Of a stretch of DNA of 12,046 bases, positions 8,138-12,046 are shown piece after piece. Numbering within the stretch: the stretch's first letter is position 1; each line of letters begins with the position of its first letter. Below the pieces are notes generated by a model. It was not told the origin of the DNA and made no database searches. It worked only from the letters and a program-made list of their open reading frames with translations. The stretch is taken from the NCBI GenBank assembly GCA_048938445.1, contig JBHLME010000135.1:1-12046 (forward strand), read 5' to 3'. This DNA is from Promethearchaeota archaeon. GTDB lineage: Archaea > Asgardarchaeota > Lokiarchaeia > Sigyniarchaeales > SOKP01. The translations under genes and the position numbers were made by a program.

Positions 8138-8842
8138 ATGAATGAATTTTTTAAAATCTACACGCATACACCTTGGGACAATTTAAAGTCCGATCAGTTA
8201 GTTGAAGTTAAATTAATGTCTCTAAAAAGTATTTTCAAGAATTTTCCAGTAATTGAAAAGGAATTTTTTGAAGATTTGCTTTCGAATGTGTATAAACAAG
8301 GTCATTACTCTTATATACAATCTTTAAAAAGAATTATAGGACCAACCAATGAAGATTATGACATCGCATCATGGATTTTCCTCTGGGCTATCGATTCTCA
8401 GAAAAGAATGTATCAATTTTTATTTCAAAAAACAAAAATACAAGATAAACCATCTCAATCAGTTTTAGCAGCCTTGGCACCTCCTGAATTAGGTAAACTA
8501 ATTTCTGAACATGAGAAGGACGCAATTCATCGCATTTTTACTTTATTAAATACTCCTAAGAAAATACAATTTTTAATGATACTTGCTCCAAAAGGTAAAT
8601 CCATTGCTGAAGAATCTCAGTTCTATGAAATTGATCAAGACAAAATAGATAAATTTAAGAGAGCTCAAATAATGGGTAACATGCCAAACATCCAAGGACA
8701 ATGGTTTCCTAATTTTTCTCCTAAATGTCCCATATGTAATGAATTACTCGTAGGATTAGAGAATTATAGAATAAGTGGGGGGAAGATCATTTGTCCTCGA
8801 TGTGGATATCAAAAATCAAATAAAACACCTAATTTTTTTTAG
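8138..8842 (+). CDS. Hypothetical protein with C-terminal C4 zinc ribbon
   Basis: 234-aa ORF with protein-like composition in AT-rich DNA. CPIC-x18-CPRCG lies near the C-terminus. The N-terminal ~195 aa are not recognised. Confidence 0.8.
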   Translation: MNEFFKIYTHTPWDNLKSDQLVEVKLMSLKSIFKNFPVIEKEFFEDLLSNVYKQGHYSYIQSLKRIIGPTNEDYDIASWIFLWAIDSQKRMYQFLFQKTKIQDKPSQSVLAALAPPELGKLISEHEKDAIHRIFTLLNTPKKIQFLMILAPKGKSIAEESQFYEIDQDKIDKFKRAQIMGNMPNIQGQWFPNFSPKCPICNELLVGLENYRISGGKIICPRCGYQKSNKTPNFF

Positions 8843-8934
8843 TATCATTAAAAAAAATTTGAAAATTTCTTTTTGTATTTGAAGTCTTTCTGAAAAAATT
8901 AAATACTTCGAAAAATGAATAATTTACCTAAAAA

Positions 8935-8973
8935 GTAAGACAATGCCACGTCCTTTAGGGAGTGGATGAATTA
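8935..8973 (+). mobile_element. Orphan IS200/IS605-family end-like hairpin (remnant)
   Basis: AATGCCACGTCCTTTAGGGAGTGGATGAATT is a GC-rich island with stem CCACGTCC / loop TTTA / GGGAGTGG (8946-8965). It resembles the AATGCC..CCTTTAGGG..GGATGAA subterminal palindromes of IS200/IS605 elements. There is no tnpA or tnpB nearby. Confidence 0.55.
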
Positions 8974-9088
8974 TATAAAAAAATTAGTCGAGTTATGCAA
9001 AGAAAAATACATTCCCACTTTAAGTAAAGTTTAATCTCTTAAAATAGTCATTTTAAAGGAAAAGACTCTTTTACCTTGGTATCAAACT

Positions 9089-9883
9089 TCAAATTTTACG
9101 AATTTCTTTAACCAGTTCTGATGCTTCTATTATTTTATCTTTTAAAAGATTATTCACATTGTTTAATTCCTTTTCACTAATTTTTTTATTCATAATAAGT
9201 TCATAAGACATGAATATCGAATGAAGGATATTTCCTAAATCATGGGAATAATTATCTTTTAGGGTATTTTTAATTTTCATAGCTTTCTTAATTTCTTGTT
9301 CTAATATTGCAACAATCCCGTTTATAAGTAATATAGTTATAAATACTGTCCCAATTGAATACGCCAGATATAATCCTAATTCTAATTCAAAATAAGGAAT
9401 TAGTTGAGAAATCGTTGACATCATAGAAACTATACCACATGTCATAAAAAGTAATTTGACTGCTGATCTTGCTTTTAAATATACACGCAATAACATTATC
9501 GAGGTAGTTAATAATATAAATATCATCAATATTTGCATATTTACTATTAAGGAGCTGAAAATGAAAGCTGAAAAAGTCAATTTAGATATATGAGACGTTT
9601 TAAGGTTAGATTTAATAAAAATTTTATAATAATCTAGAAATGCAGCAATGAATAAATTAAAAGTTGTACCTACAAAAAAAATTTGTGCTATTATGCGAAA
9701 GATATTGTCCACGAATTGGTTTAATATAAAAAGATTTCCAATAAAAAATGTTATATAAATTGGTAGATATGAAATCAACTCTTTATCACGCATACACGCA
9801 ATTCCAAATATTATAATTCCCAAAGCCAGAAGCACTGTATTAATGAATAAAGTTATAATTATTACATCAATTATACTTACCAT
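9089..9883 (-). CDS. Multi-pass membrane protein (~6-7 TM) with C-terminal HisKA/DHp-like segment and no HATPase domain
   Basis: Hydrophobic helices cover residues ~3-195, followed by a coiled linker and SHDLGNILHSI...IIEASELVKEIRKI-stop. SD GGTGAG lies upstream of the ATG. Confidence 0.78.
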   Translation of the reverse strand: MVSIIDVIIITLFINTVLLALGIIIFGIACMRDKELISYLPIYITFFIGNLFILNQFVDNIFRIIAQIFFVGTTFNLFIAAFLDYYKIFIKSNLKTSHISKLTFSAFIFSSLIVNMQILMIFILLTTSIMLLRVYLKARSAVKLLFMTCGIVSMMSTISQLIPYFELELGLYLAYSIGTVFITILLINGIVAILEQEIKKAMKIKNTLKDNYSHDLGNILHSIFMSYELIMNKKISEKELNNVNNLLKDKIIEASELVKEIRKI

Positions 9884-10004
9884 TATATTCTCACCAAATT
9901 TTAGAGTTTGATATAATTAACTTTACAGAAGAAAAATTTATAATATAAGTTATAATTTAGATATCCTACCCCTTTTTAAATATTTTCTTATCAAAAAAAA
10001 AGAA

Positions 10005-10289
10005 TTAATCAGATTCTTCTTTTTTTCTACTTTCCATAAATTTATTCCATTCAAGATTAATTATTTCTTGGTATTTCTTAAAAGCTAATATATCCATTTG
10101 TAATTTAGTGACGTCACCAAGATTTTCTCTTATCGTTTCGTTTTCTTCTTTAATATTAGAGATCTCTTCTTTTAATTTTTGGATTTCTTTTGTTTTTTCA
10201 CTCACAGCAATTTCCAATTCTTAAACCTTTTTATCAACTTTCTCTAACTTTTGGCTTTCATTTTGAATTATTATTTTAACAATAAACTT
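10005..10289 (-). pseudogene. Coiled-coil protein fragment interrupted by an in-frame TAA (alternatively a 70-aa small protein from TTG 10217)
   Basis: The 70-aa E/K-rich heptad ORF at 10005-10217 continues upstream in the same frame as KFIVKIIIQNESQKLEKVDKKV*E, with TAA at 10221-10223. There is no ATG start. Confidence 0.5.
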
Positions 10290-10364
10290 TTATTAAAATT
10301 ACTAAAATATTTTAAAATTTCATGATTTAATATGGATTATCAAATAAAAAAAAAAGTGATTTGA

Positions 10365-11888
10365 ATGTATGTGGCAGCACTAGATTTAGGAACAACAGGA
10401 TGCCGTACTTATATATATGATTTAGATGGTAATATTATTTCCAGCGATTATCAAGAATGGGATAGTTTTTTCCCAGCACCATCTCATGTGGAACAAGATG
10501 CTAAAATGTGGTGGTCATCTTTATTAATCACCATTACAAATGCAATAAAGAAATCAAAAATCGATAATAAAGACATAATAAGTTTATCAATTACCAATCA
10601 AAGAGAAACAATTGTTCCAGTTGATAAGGATGGAAATCCTTTATCTCATGCCCTTGTTTGGCAGGATAGAAGAACTACTAAACAGGTTGAATACATAAAA
10701 GAAAAAATCGGAGTGGATAAAATCTATAAAACTACTGGTCTTACAATTGATCCATATTTTTCTGCTACCAAAATATTATGGTTTAAAGATAATAAACCTG
10801 ATATATATCAAAAAGCTCACAAATTTTTATTAGTGTCTGATTTCATTTTCTATAAATTAACTGGTAACTTCTATACAGATTATTCTAATGCTTCAAGAAC
10901 CATGCTTTTTGATATAAATGAATTGAAATATTCAGATGATATTGCCAGCGAACTTGAACTTGATTTAGATAAAATGCCTAATGCCATTGAGAGTGGTGTT
11001 AATTTTGATAATATAAATAATAATGATACGGATTTTAATAAAAGCACAAAGGTTGTTACTGGAGCAGGAGATCAGCAATCCGCAGCTTTAGGTGTGGGTG
11101 TCATTTCTCCTGGAGATGTTAAATGCACTACAGGAACAGGAACTTTCATACTCGCCTATTTAGATAATCCATCATTTGATCCTGAAAAACGAGTTTTATG
11201 CAGTTGTCATGCCATTCCAAATGCTTGGGTTCAGGAAGCAAGTATATTTACTTCAGGTGCAGCTCTTAAATGGTTTAGAGATGAGATTGGTTATCAAGAA
11301 TGTGTTGCAGCTGAAGAAGGTCAAGATCCATATGTTATAATTGATAAAGAAGCAGCTAAGTCACCTTTGGGGGCAAATGGATTACTAATGATTCCACACT
11401 TAGTCGGTGCTGGAGCTCCTTATTGGAATCCGTATGCTAAAGGTATTTTATTTGGATTATCCTTAGGGCATAAAAGAAGAGATTTATATCGAGCTGTTCT
11501 TGAAGGAGTTGCTTATGAAGTCAAGCGAAATATAGAAGTCTTTAAAAAGTTGAATCTAAAACCATTGGAATTGAAAGTGACAGGAGGAGGGTCCCGTTCA
11601 GATATTTGGAATAAGATTTATGCAGATGTCTTAAATTTAAAGTGCGTGAGGAATACAATAGAGGAAGCAACTTCTTTAGGAGCTGCAATATTAGCAGCAT
11701 CAGGGGCAGGATTATTTCCAGATATCAAAAAAGCAGCTGAAAATCTCTGTAAAGTTGATAAAGAATTTCTTCCAGATGATAATAATAACATGTTTTATGA
11801 AAAACTTTATAAATTTTCCTCAGAATTCTATGATATTTTAAAAAGTAAAGAAATGTATAAGACTTTCAGCGATCTCTTCTCTCTATAA
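10365..11888 (+). CDS. glpK: FGGY-family carbohydrate kinase, glycerol-kinase-like
   Basis: Motifs DLGTT, TNQRET, WQDRRT, TGLTIDPYFSATK, TDYSNASRTMLF, AGDQQSA, TGTGTF and GAPYW. SD-like AGTGA lies upstream. Some segments (DLGTTGCR, TGGGSRSDIW) are more xylulokinase-like, so the symbol is tentative. Confidence 0.75.
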   Translation: MYVAALDLGTTGCRTYIYDLDGNIISSDYQEWDSFFPAPSHVEQDAKMWWSSLLITITNAIKKSKIDNKDIISLSITNQRETIVPVDKDGNPLSHALVWQDRRTTKQVEYIKEKIGVDKIYKTTGLTIDPYFSATKILWFKDNKPDIYQKAHKFLLVSDFIFYKLTGNFYTDYSNASRTMLFDINELKYSDDIASELELDLDKMPNAIESGVNFDNINNNDTDFNKSTKVVTGAGDQQSAALGVGVISPGDVKCTTGTGTFILAYLDNPSFDPEKRVLCSCHAIPNAWVQEASIFTSGAALKWFRDEIGYQECVAAEEGQDPYVIIDKEAAKSPLGANGLLMIPHLVGAGAPYWNPYAKGILFGLSLGHKRRDLYRAVLEGVAYEVKRNIEVFKKLNLKPLELKVTGGGSRSDIWNKIYADVLNLKCVRNTIEEATSLGAAILAASGAGLFPDIKKAAENLCKVDKEFLPDDNNNMFYEKLYKFSSEFYDILKSKEMYKTFSDLFSL

Positions 11889-11894
11889 TAATCC

Positions 11895-11907
11895 TTTTTT
11901 TTTTTCT
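11895..11907 (+). terminator. T-tract terminator
   Basis: A run of 11 T's just after the kinase stop codon. Confidence 0.5.
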
Positions 11908-12020
11908 AAATAAAAAATATTATCTATAAAAACATATTATCATAGTACTAAAATTTTTAATACACAATTATCTATATTTGTATTAAAATATAATATAAAA
12001 AAATAAAAAATGATAATATA

Positions 12021-12046
12021 ATGACTGAAGCAAAACAAACTCAATA
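12021..12046 (+). CDS. Possible start of the next gene (MTEAKQTQ...), truncated by the window end
   Basis: ATG follows an AT-rich promoter-like gap. Only 8 codons are visible. Confidence 0.3.

Noticed and set aside
1-12046. tRNA, rRNA, CRISPR array, intact transposase or defence system
   Set aside because: No cloverleaf, no regularly spaced direct repeats and no transposase or nuclease motifs were seen.

Overview
AT-rich archaeal chromosomal window, most consistent with an Asgard (Lokiarchaeia-like) genome. That assignment is an inference from the four-subunit POR, a stand-alone single-module ZPR1, GGTGA/GTGA-type Shine-Dalgarno sites, T-tract terminators and low GC. In order, it holds a minus-strand porG-D-A-B(partial) 2-oxoacid:ferredoxin oxidoreductase operon, a divergent ZPR1 zinc-finger gene, a PPi-signature phosphofructokinase, an acyl-CoA dehydrogenase, a B12-binding radical SAM enzyme, an unknown protein with a C-terminal Zn ribbon, an orphan IS200/IS605-like end hairpin, a multi-TM protein ending in a histidine-kinase DHp (H-box) with no ATPase domain, a stop-interrupted coiled-coil fragment, and a glycerol-kinase-like FGGY kinase. 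Most of the window is central carbon and lipid metabolism. The best candidates for something undescribed are the kinase-less membrane DHp protein and its unstable-looking surroundings (8138-10290), the Zn-ribbon unknown, and the mirror-symmetric divergent promoter between por and ZPR1. No RNA genes or CRISPR arrays were seen.
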